From: Octopus sinensis
Taxonomy: Eukaryota
DNA: 64,000 bases
Reading direction: 5' to 3'
Assembly: GCF_006345805.1 (NCBI RefSeq)
Contig: NC_043015.1
Coordinates: 30,194,001 to 30,258,000, forward strand
In this document: in pieces, positions 1 to 12,180 of the stretch
Layout: every line of letters starts with the position of its first letter
How positions within the stretch are numbered: position 1 is the stretch's first letter
Notes under the pieces: generated by a model
Told to the model about the DNA's origin: nothing
Seen by the model: the letters and a program-made list of their open reading frames with translations, nothing else
Databases searched by the model: none
Program-made: the position numbers and the translations under genes

Positions 1-819
1 AATAACAGATTCCCAATACACAATCATGGATAACCTCTTTCTCTTTTATCTCTTTTGTTTTGTTTGGTAGCTTCCATACAATATCCTGAGATAATGAACG
101 CAAAATATTCTGGACAACAAAAGTTGCACAAACACACTTGTAACCACACACACACACACACATGCGCGCACACACATACATACATGTGTACACATACAAA
201 TTTACACACACTCACACACCTATGTGTGTATTTATGTGTGTATACATATTGTAGTGTGATGGAGGAAACGGACAACAGAAAAGAGAAGCAACGGGAGAAA
301 GAAATACAAAAAGGCCTTACCTCGGCGAAATCAGCGGTCTCTCTCACAAGTTCAACATGTCTTGTCGCTCTGCCCTATTTGCTGGAACTGACCACACATG
401 CTTCCTGCCCATGCATGCCCCTTTCACTCTTCCACCGGCCCCTGCAAGCCTTACTTCCGCCCACCTCATCTGTCATCCTCTCCACCAACACCACATAGCT
501 CATCACAGCCCATAACACCGCTAACACCACACATATGTATGTGTTTGTCTAAGTATAAATATATGTACATATATCTCTTGCTCTCCTTTGGCAATCTCAC
601 AAACTTACCCACCCACTTACTGTTCGCAATCCTTGGTGACATCTTCACATTCTTTTCTCTCTCTCTCCGCTCTCCCTTGCTCTCTTTTCCTCCAATTTAG
701 ATAGCCATGCAACTCCTTTACTGCAAGACACCCACTCATACTCTAACCTCTGTCCCTCCACTCATACTCTAACCTCTCATCACCTAACACAAAACCACCT
801 CCCTCAATACTACTCTTCC

Positions 820-1050
820 TTCAGTTGTGGGGTTTTGTCATGTAAGTTATGTGGTGACCCCACTGCTACTGGTACCACATAAAAAGCACTCTGTGCATTT
901 TATAAAGTGGTTGGCATTAGAAAGGGCTTCCAGCTGAAGAAAACATGCCAAAGCAGACAATAAAGCTTGGAGCAGTTTTCTGATTTGCTAACTCCTGTCA
1001 AACTGGCCAATTCATGCCAGGATGGAAGGAGGACATTAAATGATGATGAT
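820..1050 (+). mobile_element. 3' part of an interspersed retroposon family ending in (GAT)n; related copy at ~8690-8925
   Basis: Shared motif gtggttggcattag(g/a)aaggg..ccagc..agaaa and tail acattaaatgatgatgat; homologous block at 8690-8925. Confidence 0.55.
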
Positions 1051-1065
1051 GGTACATACATAAAG

Positions 1066-1399
1066 ACCCCTTCGGTCATGAATGACCATGGGATTGCACC
1101 TAGAAAGTTACCCTCTGAGGCACAAGTCTGGGCAAGGTTGTTTCTGGAAGACCAGCAGTCAACCATGTGCACCAGCCTCCCGTCTCCATGCCACCAATGT
1201 TATCTAAGGGAAAGGCAAAGGGACCAATACAGCTTGCCACCAGTGATGTCACAACTCATTTCGTAGCTGAGTGGACTGGAGCAACGTGAAATAAAGTGTC
1301 TTGCTCAAGAACACAACACATAGCCCAGTCCAGGAATTGAACTCACTACCTCTTGATTATGAGCCTGACGCTTTAACCATTGAGTCATGTGCCTTTATA
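1066..1399 (-). mobile_element. tRNA-derived SINE with CORE-like central domain
   Basis: Minus strand: A-box-like tgactcaatggttaaagcg, B-box gagttcaattcc, then gtgttcttgagcaagacactttatttcacgttgctccag; head fragment of the same family at ~59315-59410 (+). Confidence 0.75.
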
Positions 1400-1997
1400 T
1401 GCGCCTTTACCTACATACATACATACATACATATATATACACACACACACACACACTCACACACACACATATATATATACTCACACATGCATGCGCACAT
1501 CCACACAGAATGATAGATAGCTGTGTATGTGTGCATGTATATAGATAGAAAATAGATAGAAAGTTAAGACCCATGGAAAGATACTTATACCTACCTACAT
1601 GTATTCACATTTATATTCCATTATATCTAGCATCTTATTGTTCACCCAACCCCATCCATTCCATAGAATTCTTGTTTGCTTCAATTAACAAGCAGTAAAC
1701 ATATCTAAATATTTAACTTGTTTTCTAGCAAAAGTAACGAACACGGTAATTTTATGAATGCTCATGTGTGTGTGTGTGTATCAAAACCTAATTATTGTGT
1801 AATTTATCTGTCTGTATGTGTATGTCTGTATGCATGAGTATATGAAGATGTGTATGTATGTGTATATCTCTTTAATTATGTGTTAAATCTTATGTCTAAG
1901 TGCAAGTGTGAGCACGTGTGTTTGTTTGTACATGTGTGTGTGTTTGTTTGTGTGCATGTGCATGTGTGCACGTGTCTGTATGCGTTTGCATATATAT

Positions 1998-2227
1998 ATT
2001 TCTTTACTACCCACAAAGGACTTAAACACAGAGGGGACAAACAAGGACAGACAAACGGATTAAGTCGATTACATCGACCCCAGTGCGTAACTGGTGCTAA
2101 ATTTATCGACCCCGAAAGGATGAAAGGCAAAGTCGACCTCGGCGGAATTTGAACTCAGAATGTAGCGGCAGACGAAATACGGCTACGCATTTCGCCCGGC
2201 GTGCTAACGTTTCTGCCAGCTCGCCGC
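1998..2227 (-). mobile_element. tRNA-derived SINE family A (Deu/Nin-like central domain)
   Basis: ggcgagctggcagaaacgttagc...gagttcaaattcc...gaggtcgactttgcctttcatcctttcggggtcgataaattaagtaccag...gtagtaaagaaata. Further copies at 13050-13255, 23980-24395, 31290-31495, 34643-34930, 50068-50295, 59878-60112, 61192-61783, 61865-62096, 62967-63195. Confidence 0.9.
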
Positions 2228-2867
2228 GTTTGCATATATAAGTACACACGATTATACTGAATCTCTATAAATGTATGCATTTATGCAAATAAACATGTGG
2301 CCGTGGTGTATTCAAGTATATGGAGAGAGATACGGCTATAATCATTGATACACACATAAAAGTACAAATTAATCATTTAATTGAATATACAGTTTTCATA
2401 CAACAAATGAAAATTTTCTATGGAATTCTAGTACAATTCGCAAGTAAACATTTACAAACAACCTCAAGACTAGCCTTACTCATTAACAGTATCCGTCATG
2501 GATTAGACAAAACGGAAGAGACTTTACAGACGGTCAACTGACTGGCTTTGTTTCTTTATAAAGGTATCAATAGACAAGGCCAAACTGAATAAAATTTCTC
2601 AGACTTCAGTAGCACTGGCTTAATTCCTTTACAATGGCAGCTTTAGATTAGAATCAGACTGAATAAGAATTTGCAGATGATTACCAGAGACAGATAAGAC
2701 AAAACTGAACAAGGCCTTGCAGATGGTCACTGGACTGGTTACAATTCAATATAGTAGTTAGCATAGAGTAGTCCAAACTGAATACTTTGTAGGTGACCAC
2801 CAGACGGGCCTATAATTTATTATAATGGTAATCTTACAATAGACCAAACTGAATAATGCTTCGCAAA

Positions 2868-3265
2868 CGTTGCCAGTGCCAGCACCGTCTTGGCCGTTGT
2901 CAGCACCGTCTTGGCCGTTGTCAGCACCGCCCCGACTGGCCTCGTGCCGGTGGCACATAAAAAGCACCATCTGATCGTGGCCGTTTGCCAGCCTTGCCTG
3001 GCCCCCGTGCCGGTGGCACATAAAAAGCACCATCCAATCGTGGCCGTTTGCCAGACTCGTCTGGCACCTGTACCGGTGGCACGTAAAAAGCACCCACTAC
3101 ACTCATGGAGTGGTTGGCGTTAGGAAGGGCATCCAGCTGTAGAAACACTGCCAGATCAGACTGGACCTGGTGCAGCCTTCTGGCTTCCCAGACCCCAGTT
3201 GAACCATCCAACCCATGCTAGCATGGAAAACGGACGCTAAACGATGATGATGATGATGATGATGA
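2868..3265 (+). mobile_element. 3' UTR of an RTE LINE (5'-truncated copy, (GAT)n tail)
   Basis: Subrepeats ggcac(a/g)taaaaagcaccatc.., core gtggttggcgttaggaagggcatccagctg, end catgctagcatggaaaacggacgctaaacgatgatgat. Copies at 9924-10170, 22060-22555, 28127-28315, 40292-40680, 53553-53825, 58870-59222; linked to RTE ORF2 at 31892-32605. Confidence 0.8.
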
Positions 3266-3496
3266 AATGATGATCAGACTGGCTTTGTTTCTTTGTAACG
3301 GTAGCCATAGTCTAGATCAGACTAACTAAAGCTTTGCATGTAACTGCTAGACAAACTTTATTCCTTAATAATGCCTGAAATAAGTTAGAGGAAACTGAAT
3401 AAAGCTTTACAGGTGACCACCTACAGAATAAAGTCCATTAGAATAGCTGCTATAGACTTGACCGGGTAGATTAAAACTTAGCAGACATCTCCAGAC

Positions 3497-3937
3497 TCTC
3501 TTTACTCTTTTACTCTTTTACTCTTTTACTTGTTTCAGTCATTTGACTGCGGCCATGCTGGAGCACCGCCTTTAGTGAAGCAAATCGACCCCCAGGACTT
3601 ATTCTTTTGTAAGCCCAGTACTTATTCTATCGGACTCTTTTGCCGAACTGCTAACTTACAGGGACGTAAACACACTGGCATCGGTTGTCAAGCGATGTTG
3701 GGGGGACAAACACAGACACACAAACATACACACACATACATACATATATACACATATATATATACATAAATACGACGGGTTTCTTTCAGCTTTCCATCTA
3801 CCAAATCCACTCACAAGGCTTTGGTCGGCCCGAGGCTATAGCAGAAGACACTTGCCCAAGGTGCCATGCAGTGGGACTGAACCCGGAACCATGTGGTTGG
3901 TAAGCAAGCTACTTACCACACAGCCACTCCTGCGCCT
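3497..3937 (-). mobile_element. tRNA-derived SINE family B (CORE-like domain, internal TA/TG microsatellite, (AAAGAGT)n tail)
   Basis: ggcgcaggagtggctgtgtggtaag...gggttcagtccc...ccttgggcaagtgtcttc...gactgaaacaagtaaaagagt. Other full or partial copies at 6922-7300, 10171-10540, 26810-27790 (split), 36772-37165, 39375-39770, 48620-49017, 51962-52380, 52653-53068, 57160-57550, 60385-60540. Confidence 0.9.
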
Positions 3938-4559
3938 GTTGCTTCTTTATAATGGCGTTGTTTCTTTATAACGATTGCCTTAGACTAGACTAGACTGAAT
4001 AAAATTTTGCAGATGTCAGCAGAATGGCACTGTTTCTTTATAACGGTTGCCATAGACAAGCCGAGACTGAATAAAACTTTGTAGGTGACCACTAGGCAAG
4101 CAGTATTTCTTTATAATGTCAGTCATAAATTAGACAAAAACTGAATAAGTCTTTGCAGAAGACCATTAGACTTGATTTCTTTCTCTATAACAGCAGCCAT
4201 AAATCAAACTGACTTTTCAGACAACACAATAATATGGCTGTCCACCATGACTATTAGGAATAATACCCATGACTGATGGGTATTTAATCAAAGGGCCAAT
4301 TTACCTTACATCTGCTTTTTGTCATAAAAGATAGAAGTAGAAGTCATGAATCAAGTCTTTTAAAAAAAAAAAAGCTAATCTTCAAAAGCATATAACATTC
4401 TCGTTTAAGCCATTGGACTGTGGCCATACTGGAGCACCCACCACTTTCAAAGCTTTACTTGATTATAACATACTACAGTATGATATATACATCTGCATGG
4501 GTGGACATTCATACATATATGCACACATATTCCTCACTTAATGGAAGTAATACATTCCT

Positions 4560-4596
<37 letters not shown>

Positions 4597-4628
4597 CAAA
4601 ATAAGCAACAAGAATATCTCTGGTAATT

Positions 4629-4712
4629 TGGTACGATCGTTTCACGCTACATCATTTTATTAAATATTGTAAATATTACAACAGTTTTAAAATGTTGAGC
4701 AATCATCAGCCA
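4629..4712 (-). ncRNA. Type I hammerhead ribozyme motif with long stem II (Penelope-like terminal repeat)
   Basis: Minus strand: tgg-CTGATGA-[ttgct..catttta...taaaatg..agcgt]-GAAA-cgatcg-TA-cca; downstream attcttgttgctt shared with the 29.3/29.6 kb copies. Confidence 0.65.
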
Positions 4713-5039
4713 TTAATAGAGGTTTCCCATTAATACATAATTTTCAAATTAATTGGATAACATTATAGAGAAGGTAGATATATAGACAAAGATGTTGATT
4801 TGAATTTTAAGAACATTGAGGTAGTAGAGCTTATCTTATGACTGAAGAGTTCTATAAGTTATTTTGAACTGCTAGAAGGTTGCGAGGCACATTCAGTCAA
4901 AGGAGATAAAAGGGGTTTTCTATTTATAGTTTTCTTGATACAAGATCTGTTTGCCAAATAGTAGTAAATAGCTCCTGGGGCATTATAACTCCCTCTCCAC
5001 TTTTATTTCTTAATGAATAATTTCTGACATTTACTTAAC

Positions 5040-5222
5040 CCCATTTCTATATCTCACTGGAGATAGCGAGCCATTCACGGTTCCATCTGTGCAGACTGAC
5101 CACCTGCGGACCTGAGTGTTCGGAGAGGTCCTCCTTTATCATCGTTGTCCAGGTCTTCAGCTGCCCGCCTGTGCGTTTGTGCCAGTTTAGCCAAGTGTTT
5201 TCGGGCAGTTACAGTCCCTGTC
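5040..5222 (-). mobile_element. RTE LINE ORF2 C-terminal fragment
   Basis: Minus strand translates WHKRTGGQLKTWTTMIKEDLSEHSGPQVVSLHRWNREWLAISSE, typical of RTE C-termini. Confidence 0.75.
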
Positions 5223-5383
5223 AGTACATATATATGCAATTATGTGCTTTAACTACGGCATTAGAGCGTTTTAGCTCTTATTTCTATATCAGTGTTTCTA
5301 ACACCCTAGTCATATTTAGTGACAATTATAGTTTTCATTTTTGGTAAAATATTGCACATGGTTGCCTATATTTACTTTTATAC

Positions 5384-5444
<61 letters not shown>

Positions 5445-5470
5445 CACACACACACACATATATATATATA

Positions 5471-5494
<24 letters not shown>

Positions 5495-5504
<10 letters not shown>

Positions 5505-5730
5505 TTAGGGAGTAAATCCAAACTTACAGGGAAAAATTAGATTTAGGATTAAATCTAATTTTACAGTATAAATATAAATTAAATTAGAGATAAAAATCAA
5601 ACAGTGAAAAACATAAACCAAAACATAGAAATAAAATTGATTAATATAATATACAAAATATATAAAATATAAAATTCAAAATTTAAATTATTTAAATTTA
5701 AAGTTAAAAATTAAAAATTATTAATTTATA
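5495..5730. repeat. AT-rich interspersed repeat, homologous to 29705-29880
   Basis: Shared ttaaattagagataaaa..caaacagtgaaaaa..aaccaaaa.atagaaataaaa...atatacaaaatatataaaatat. Confidence 0.65.
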
Positions 5731-6075
5731 TTTAATTGTGCATGTATATATATATATATACATACAGGCACATGCATGATGGGTTTCTTTCAGTGTCCAT
5801 CTGCCAAATCCACTCACAAAGATTTGGTTGCTCCAAGACAAGAGGTAAAAAAAAAAAAAAACTCTTCCTCAAGCTGTCATGCAATGGGACTGAACCTGAA
5901 ACCATGTAATTGAGAAGCAAAGGCATGCTTTTATCATCAGAACATGAATGTATCGTTATGGCATCAAAATACATGATCTGTGTGTGTGTATGGGCATGTG
6001 TGTGTCTTGCTAAACTTAGGAGATTAAAATATCTCACAGAATAGTTTAACTAACCTGAAGTTCACTTACGTGCAT

Positions 6076-6118
<43 letters not shown>

Positions 6119-7534
6119 GGTTGATGTGAAAGTAAGGACAGTTTGTTTTTTTGGTTTGTAACTTTTGCGCTGTTTTGTGCATGCAATTTTGCAATGAAGC
6201 AAATGGAAGAAAGACTTGCTTCAGTACTATTACCTCTATTATTAAACCAATTATGCAACTGGCTGAATTTTCATGATTATCTATAGGCAATTATGACCCA
6301 TTCTCACTGAATACAGATTTAATAAATGTCAGATTTATTTTTCCTCAAATCCAATCTTGTAAACTTTGGATTTGTAAAACGTAATACTCCTATGTCATTC
6401 ATGGTTTTTTTTTTCCCCGATTTCAGCATCATTATGTATGGGGGGGGGGGGGGGAGATATCTTCAAAGTCTTACCAATTGGGCTATAATCGTAAAGTCGA
6501 GGAATTGAAAACTTTTCTTCCGTGATATCACCAAGGAAATTGAATGTAGTTCTTCTCTAATGCTGAGTACTTGTCTTGGAGAAAAAATACACACAATCAT
6601 ACAAATTGATCTGAACGCATGGAACTAGTCAGAAAATGGATGATTGCATGGACAGAGTAATTTGTCATTTGTCGTTTATAGGAAGACACTAGGAAAAAGA
6701 AAAGAAAAAGAAAAACGAAAAGAAAAAAACAATTACCAATATCTTCTTCCATAACTCCATCATTTTTATTAGTACTCTGCATCATTGTTTTTATCAATTC
6801 GAACTCAATGGTGATGTCACTAGAAGTGTTATGCTAATCTCTTCTCTTACTTGTTGCAAACAATTGACTTCGTATAAAAGTATTTCGCTTGGACTGCTAA
6901 AGATTAGTGCAAAACGATTTTTGTCTCTTTTACTCTTTTACTTGTTTCTGTCATTTGACTGCGGCCATGCTGGAGCACCGCCTTTATAGTCAAGCAAGTC
7001 GACCCCAGAGCTTATTCTTTATAAGCCTAGTACTTATTCTATCTGTCTCTTTTGCCGAACCGCTACGTTGCGGGGACGTAGACACACCAGCACCGGTTGT
7101 CAAGTGATGTGGGGGAAGGGGACAAACAGAAACACACACATACATATATACTTATACGACGGGCTTCTTCCTGTTTCCGTCTGCCAAATACACTCACGAG
7201 GCTTTGGTCGACCTGAGGCTATAGTAGAAGACACTTGCCCAAAGTGCCATGCAGTGGGACTGAACCCAGAACCATGTGGTTGGTAAACAAGCTTCTTACT
7301 ACTCATCACATGATGTCAAAACAAAGGTACAGAGAAACACACACACACACATATACAAACACATTCACACTTATAAATATGACGAGTTTCTTTCAGTTTC
7401 ATCTAAGCAAATCTATTCTCAAGGCTTTGGTAAGGGTTTTAGAAGACACTTGCCCAAGGTGCCGTGCAATAATCAGGCTTTAGATTACATATTTGGAAAA
7501 CAAGCTTCTCAACCACATAGCTACACTTGCCAAA

Positions 7535-8016
7535 ATGTGGAACCTTATTGATTGGCCAACCCAGTTACCAAACATAAATCGCATAGATACTTATTGTAAG
7601 TGAAGTTTGGCACCAAAATCTACCAAAACATGCAGCATTGGTTTGCAATTGTCAGTCTGACTTTGAAGATGTTTAACTTGGAACATCATATAAAATTGGT
7701 AAAAGAATGTCTAAAAGATGCAGAGTCATGATGACAGCAAATGGTTTTGCTGCAAAATATTAATTTATCTCATTAGAATATTGTAATATAAGATAGAACT
7801 AAGTGGACTTATTTCTATCAATGTCTCCTGCATAAATTGATCCTAATTGCTTACAGATGCCATAAAAAATTGAGTTACTTGAATAATTGGTTTAATAATT
7901 AAGATAACGATACAGAAATAATTTCTTTTTCGTCTGTTATATTACAAAATCACATGCATAAAATGATGAAGTTGTATGCAAAATAAAAAGTGTACTTACT
8001 TTCATCTCTCCCAATG
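7535..8016 (+). mobile_element. Tc1-family transposon 3' remnant (frameshifted transposase C-terminus)
   Basis: IDWPTQLPNINRID (WPxQSPDLNPIE motif) and RMSKRCRVMMTANGFAAKY* (MPKRC..NG..TKY* motif) in different frames. Confidence 0.75.
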
Positions 8017-9439
8017 TGTGTGTGTGTGTGTGTGAGTGTGTATGTATACACACACACACACTCACTCACTTATACATAGATTTATAAACTTTGTTGGCAT
8101 GCATAATTTAGTGTTTTTAATGCTGTATGTCTATAAAAGATGCTTTCTCGAGATTAATACCACAGTTTAGCAAGCTTTTAATGATATATCTACTAAGTAT
8201 GATATGCAGACTGCTATTTTGAACCAATACTGCTTCCATTGTTAATGACAAATTTACACACACACACATACTCACACTCGTACATGTACTGTCAAGTGTC
8301 ACATCCTCTTCCTTCCGGACCCACATTTATTTTCTCCACTTTTCCTCCACCCAAATTGATATTCACCATTGATCATGCCTCCACCCATGATCTTCATTTC
8401 CAGCATTCACTGCTATCCTCATCTCTTAGCTTCTAATAATTATCCTTTCAGACTTTCACAAACTTACTTATCCAGACATCCTTTCAATCTGCTGTCCCTA
8501 TTCTCATTTATACTCACTGTCTTGTATCTTGAGGATACACCCTGAGACCTCATCACACCATTTCTTTTCTCTCCTTTCAGCTGGGGTAGCCATGTATCTC
8601 TTCTACAAGGCACCCGTACCTGTCCCTCTATCATACTTTAACCTCTCTACAGCTGGACACCTGGCATAAGGTCACCTCGCTCAATACTACCCGCTAACTC
8701 AGTTGATGGTTCTTGTCATGAGTTACTTGTTGAATTCACTAGTGCTGGTGTCACAAAAAAAAAAAAAGCAAAAATGCACCCAGTATGCTCTGTAAAGTGG
8801 TTGGTTTTAGGAAGGTTAATCAACCATAGAAACAATGCCAAAGCAAACATTGGAACTCAGTTCAGTCTTTTGGCTCACTGGGTCCTGTTGTCCAATCCAT
8901 GCCAACATGAAAGACTGACATTAAAATATATACTAGGGCAAACCTGCTATCTTTAAGATAGCATGTTATACATTGGTTTGACATCATTGCATCATACATT
9001 CCTATAGTGTATATGTATAAGTATGCATATGACATGTATGTGGGAAGAATGCTGGCAAGGCATGAAACATAGATAAAGCTCGAACATCAATAATGGATAA
9101 AGTAAGATGAAATGGAAATATGTTAAAAGAACGTGCACTTTCAAAGCAATGAATAATTACTACTTAAATACTGCTGATAAATTTTAATATATATACATAC
9201 ACACTTTGATGAATTTTTAATACAGTTAGTAGTCATTACTAAACGCAATATCATCCTAAGTACCATTATCCTATTTATGTTTATGTGTAGTGAAAAACTG
9301 AGCCCATCTCATTCACATTATTGTCACCCTTTTGATGCAAACTGAACAAAAGAAGTATCTTTTTTGTTTATATATAACATGCAGTTATATATTTAAATAT
9401 TGTTATATATAAAATGAGAGTGAAACGAAGCAAGCTGAT

Positions 9440-9786
9440 CTCTCTCTACATATAAACAGCAAAATGTCTGCTTACGTGTCCTTTATACAAATCCACAATT
9501 TTTCAGTTAGCGGGCTCACACTTTCTATGGTCATTCAAAACCGTCCAAGGGTGGTCGTGCACATCTTTACATTTCCCAACTCACCCTACAAAGCCATTAA
9601 AAAAATCAATAGAAGTGACTTTTTTGTGAATTTTCTATCCAAAACCCAATCAAAATGCTTGAAACTTGATACGCCAATTGAATGCCAGCTAGCTGTATGT
9701 GATTGGTCGGAGATTTGGACAGTACTCGCGCGTATGTGCGCACGCACGCAGCTGTATATGCATCCACTAGCACTATGACCCGGCGC
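9440..9786. mobile_element. Probable Helitron remnants: 5' TC start at 9440 (+) and a 3' CTAG end at ~9766-9786 (-)
   Basis: a|tctctctctacatataaa start; minus strand cgccgggtcatagtgCTAG|t resembles half of a Helitron terminal hairpin plus CTAG. Confidence 0.4.
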
Positions 9787-10334
9787 TAGCATCGGCCACG
9801 TTCGGATGGTGCTTTTTACGTGCCACTGGCACAGGTATCACAACTACAATTTCCATTTGATTTTTTGATGTTGATGTACTTGACTCAATAGGTCTCCTCA
9901 AATATATATATATATATATATATCACATAAAAAACACCATCCGAGCGTGGCCGTTCGCCAGCCTCGTCTGGCACCTGTGTCGGTGGCACATAAAATCACC
10001 CACTACACTCTCGGAGTGGTTGGCGTTAGGAAGGGCATCCAGCTGTAGAAACACTGCCAGATCTGACTGGCCTGGTGCAGCCTTCGGGCTCCCCAGACTC
10101 CAGTTGAACCGTCCAACCCATGCTAGCATGGAAAGCGGACGTTAAATGAGGATGATGATGATGATGATATAGGCGCAGGAGTGGCTGTGTGGTAAGTAAC
10201 CTGCTTACCAACCACACGGTTCCGGGTTCAGTCCCACTGCGTGGCACCTTGGGCAAGTGTCTTCTGCTATACCCTCGGGCCAACCAAAGCCTTGTGAGTG
10301 GATTTGGTAGACAGAAACTGAAAGAAGCCTGTCG

Positions 10335-10367
<33 letters not shown>

Positions 10368-10786
10368 TTGTGTGTCTGTGTTTGTCCCCCTAGCGTTGCT
10401 TGACAACCGATGCTGGTGTGTTTACATCCCTGTCACTTAGCGGTTCGGCAAAAGAGACTGATAGAATAAGTACTGGGCTTACAAAGAATAAATCCTGGGG
10501 TCGATTTGCTCGACTAAAATGACTGAAACAAGTAAAAAAAAATATATATATATACATATATAGACATATACACATATATATAAGTGTATGTGTGTTTTTT
10601 CTGTGTTTACAAATAACACGGAAAAAATAAATAAACAGATACAAGGGTAGCAAAAGTTCACACAAATAACAAGGATGTAACAACCTATTTATAAAAGTAG
10701 AAACTCCAGGTTAAGGTGAAATGTTTTATATAATATAGATAAATAAATATATGGAGTTAAACGTAGGTGTTGTTCAAATTCTTTTA

Positions 10787-10874
10787 CTTCCAACATATGT
10801 TTAGAAGACAACATTGGTATTATTCCAGAAGGAATAAAATGGTGTAAAACAATGCAATCTTCTCATCAGGGAAA
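10787..10874 (-). ncRNA. Type I hammerhead motif with G12->U substitution
   Basis: tttcc-CTGATGA-[gaagattgcattg...caatgttgtcttc]-TAAA-catatg-TT-ggaag: stems I and II pair, stem III is the palindrome ACATATGT. Confidence 0.65.
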
Positions 10875-11146
10875 GAAAGATACCAAACACATCAATAAGA
10901 CATTTGAACAGAATGTGATGACTGCGTATGATCATGAAGGGAATGCTATTAAGTTTTTTTAAAAAAACTGTTAGTAGATATAATGTCAAAGGTAGGATAT
11001 AGAAAGAGAAGGAGAAGAAGGAAAGAAATTAGAAAACTAATAGTGGGGAGATATAGAGCGATGGGTGAATTAGAATAAAGCTTAAAGGAATGGAATTAGA
11101 TATATTTAGTGGAAGTGAAATGTAAGAAAGACAACCAAAGGTCAAA

Positions 11147-11400
11147 TTATATAGAATGGTAGAAATCACTTCTAGGAACTAAAGGTATGTTTCTGCCAAT
11201 GTTTGCAATGATAAAAACACATTCTATAAATGTTTTTACAAGGGGATTCTTTGGAAATAGAATATAAAACATTTCGTTATTACAAAGCCAGCAGAAATGT
11301 TTATCTTTATCATGCGGTAAAGAAATAGAGAGAATATTCCATTCCAAATTAAATTGTTTATTTTCTCTCTCTCTAATTTTCTGATTCTCTTTCTTTCATT
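11147..11400 (-). pseudogene. Penelope-like element GIY-YIG endonuclease C-terminal remnant
   Basis: EWNILSISLPHDKDKHFCWLCNNEMFYILF and, after a frameshift, HCKHWQKH resemble the W.IL..P....C.LC..E..I...C.H..K tail of PLE endonucleases; hammerhead ~270 bp downstream on the same strand. Confidence 0.6.
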
Positions 11401-11584
11401 TCTTTTTCTTCTTTTCCACTGTTTTCTTCTTCTTCCTACTATTTTCTGATTGTTTCTTTCTCTTTCTTTCACCTGTAACAACTAACTTGTATAAGCATAC
11501 GCCAGGAGATTTTGTGCTCATGCGTGTGTGTGCATGCACATATATATATGCATTAGTATATATATATATATATATATATAGTTA

Positions 11585-11790
11585 ATCCAAACATGAAAGC
11601 ACAAAAAAAACACAACACGAGGACGTGGAACAAGTATAGTATTATTGGACGCTCAGGAAAGAAGGAAAGAAGGAGGGTTTAATGTTTCGAGCGGAGCTCT
11701 TCATCGGAAACATAGGAGAAAGAAAGATCCAGAGAAGGGAAGACAGAGGAAAAAATCGCCAACAGCACACACGCGGTCACATTTTGAATA
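11585..11790 (-). mobile_element. Short Penelope-like terminal-repeat element carrying a minimal hammerhead variant (11677-11711)
   Basis: gttt-CCGATGAA-gagc tcc gctc-GAAA-ca-TT-aaac followed by ttcctgagcgt, as in the 27 kb array; flanked by (TA)n. Confidence 0.55.
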
Positions 11791-11947
11791 TATATATCTA
11801 TGTCTTGCCTATATATGTCTGTATATGTATATGCCTCTATGTTTAGTGTATATATGTATATTATAGATGGTTTGGTATATGTATATACTGCTAAATGTAT
11901 ATGTAATCTAGCATGAAATTTTGTTTTTAAACAGATATATTTTTTAA

Positions 11948-12180
11948 TTACCTCCACCAAGGAATGAAGTTATGCTTTCATTGGCGTTGGTTTGTCTGTC
12001 TGTATGCAAAATAACTCAAAAAGTTGTGAACGGTATTTGATGAAACTTGCAGGAAAAATTGGTAATGACACAAGGATCAGATGATCCGAGAATTTTTATG
12101 GATTCTTGAAGGATTTTTCAATAGAAAAAAAGTCTATCTCTATTTCTTCTTTTGCCGGTGTCTCAAATTTAGGTTAAATC
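11948..12180 (+). mobile_element. Helentron/HINE-like non-autonomous element remnant
   Basis: Starts ttacctccaccaagga..gttatg, then gtttgtctgtctgt and gatgaaacttgcagg, resembling Helentron-associated elements. Confidence 0.45.

Larger units (their letters stand above)
2530..4225. repeat. Degenerate ~70-73 bp minisatellite interrupted by an RTE 3' end and a SINE B
   Basis: Recurring tttctttata...agac...actgaataa...ttgcag(a/g)tgacca; unit starts at 3961, 4033, 4106, 4176. Confidence 0.7.

Noticed and set aside
1300-1399. tRNA gene calls for A/B-box sequences here and in other SINE heads
   Set aside because: No complete cloverleaf; each head continues into a SINE body and tail.
6597-6830. Minus-strand ORF with a strong polypyrimidine tract and GT/AG sites
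   Set aside because: The putative 48-nt intron is in frame and very short, the peptide is unrecognised, and there is no supporting neighbouring exon.
9690-9760. Promoter-like cluster (reverse CCAAT, CpG-rich GCGCA motifs)
   Set aside because: Lies within a probable Helitron remnant; no associated gene or TSS evidence.
10805-10991. Apparent + strand exon (ttag|AAGAC...AAAG|gtagga, DNIGIIPEGIKW...)
   Set aside because: In-frame TAA at the T7A7 run, and the sequence is explained as the antisense of a PLE hammerhead and its flank.
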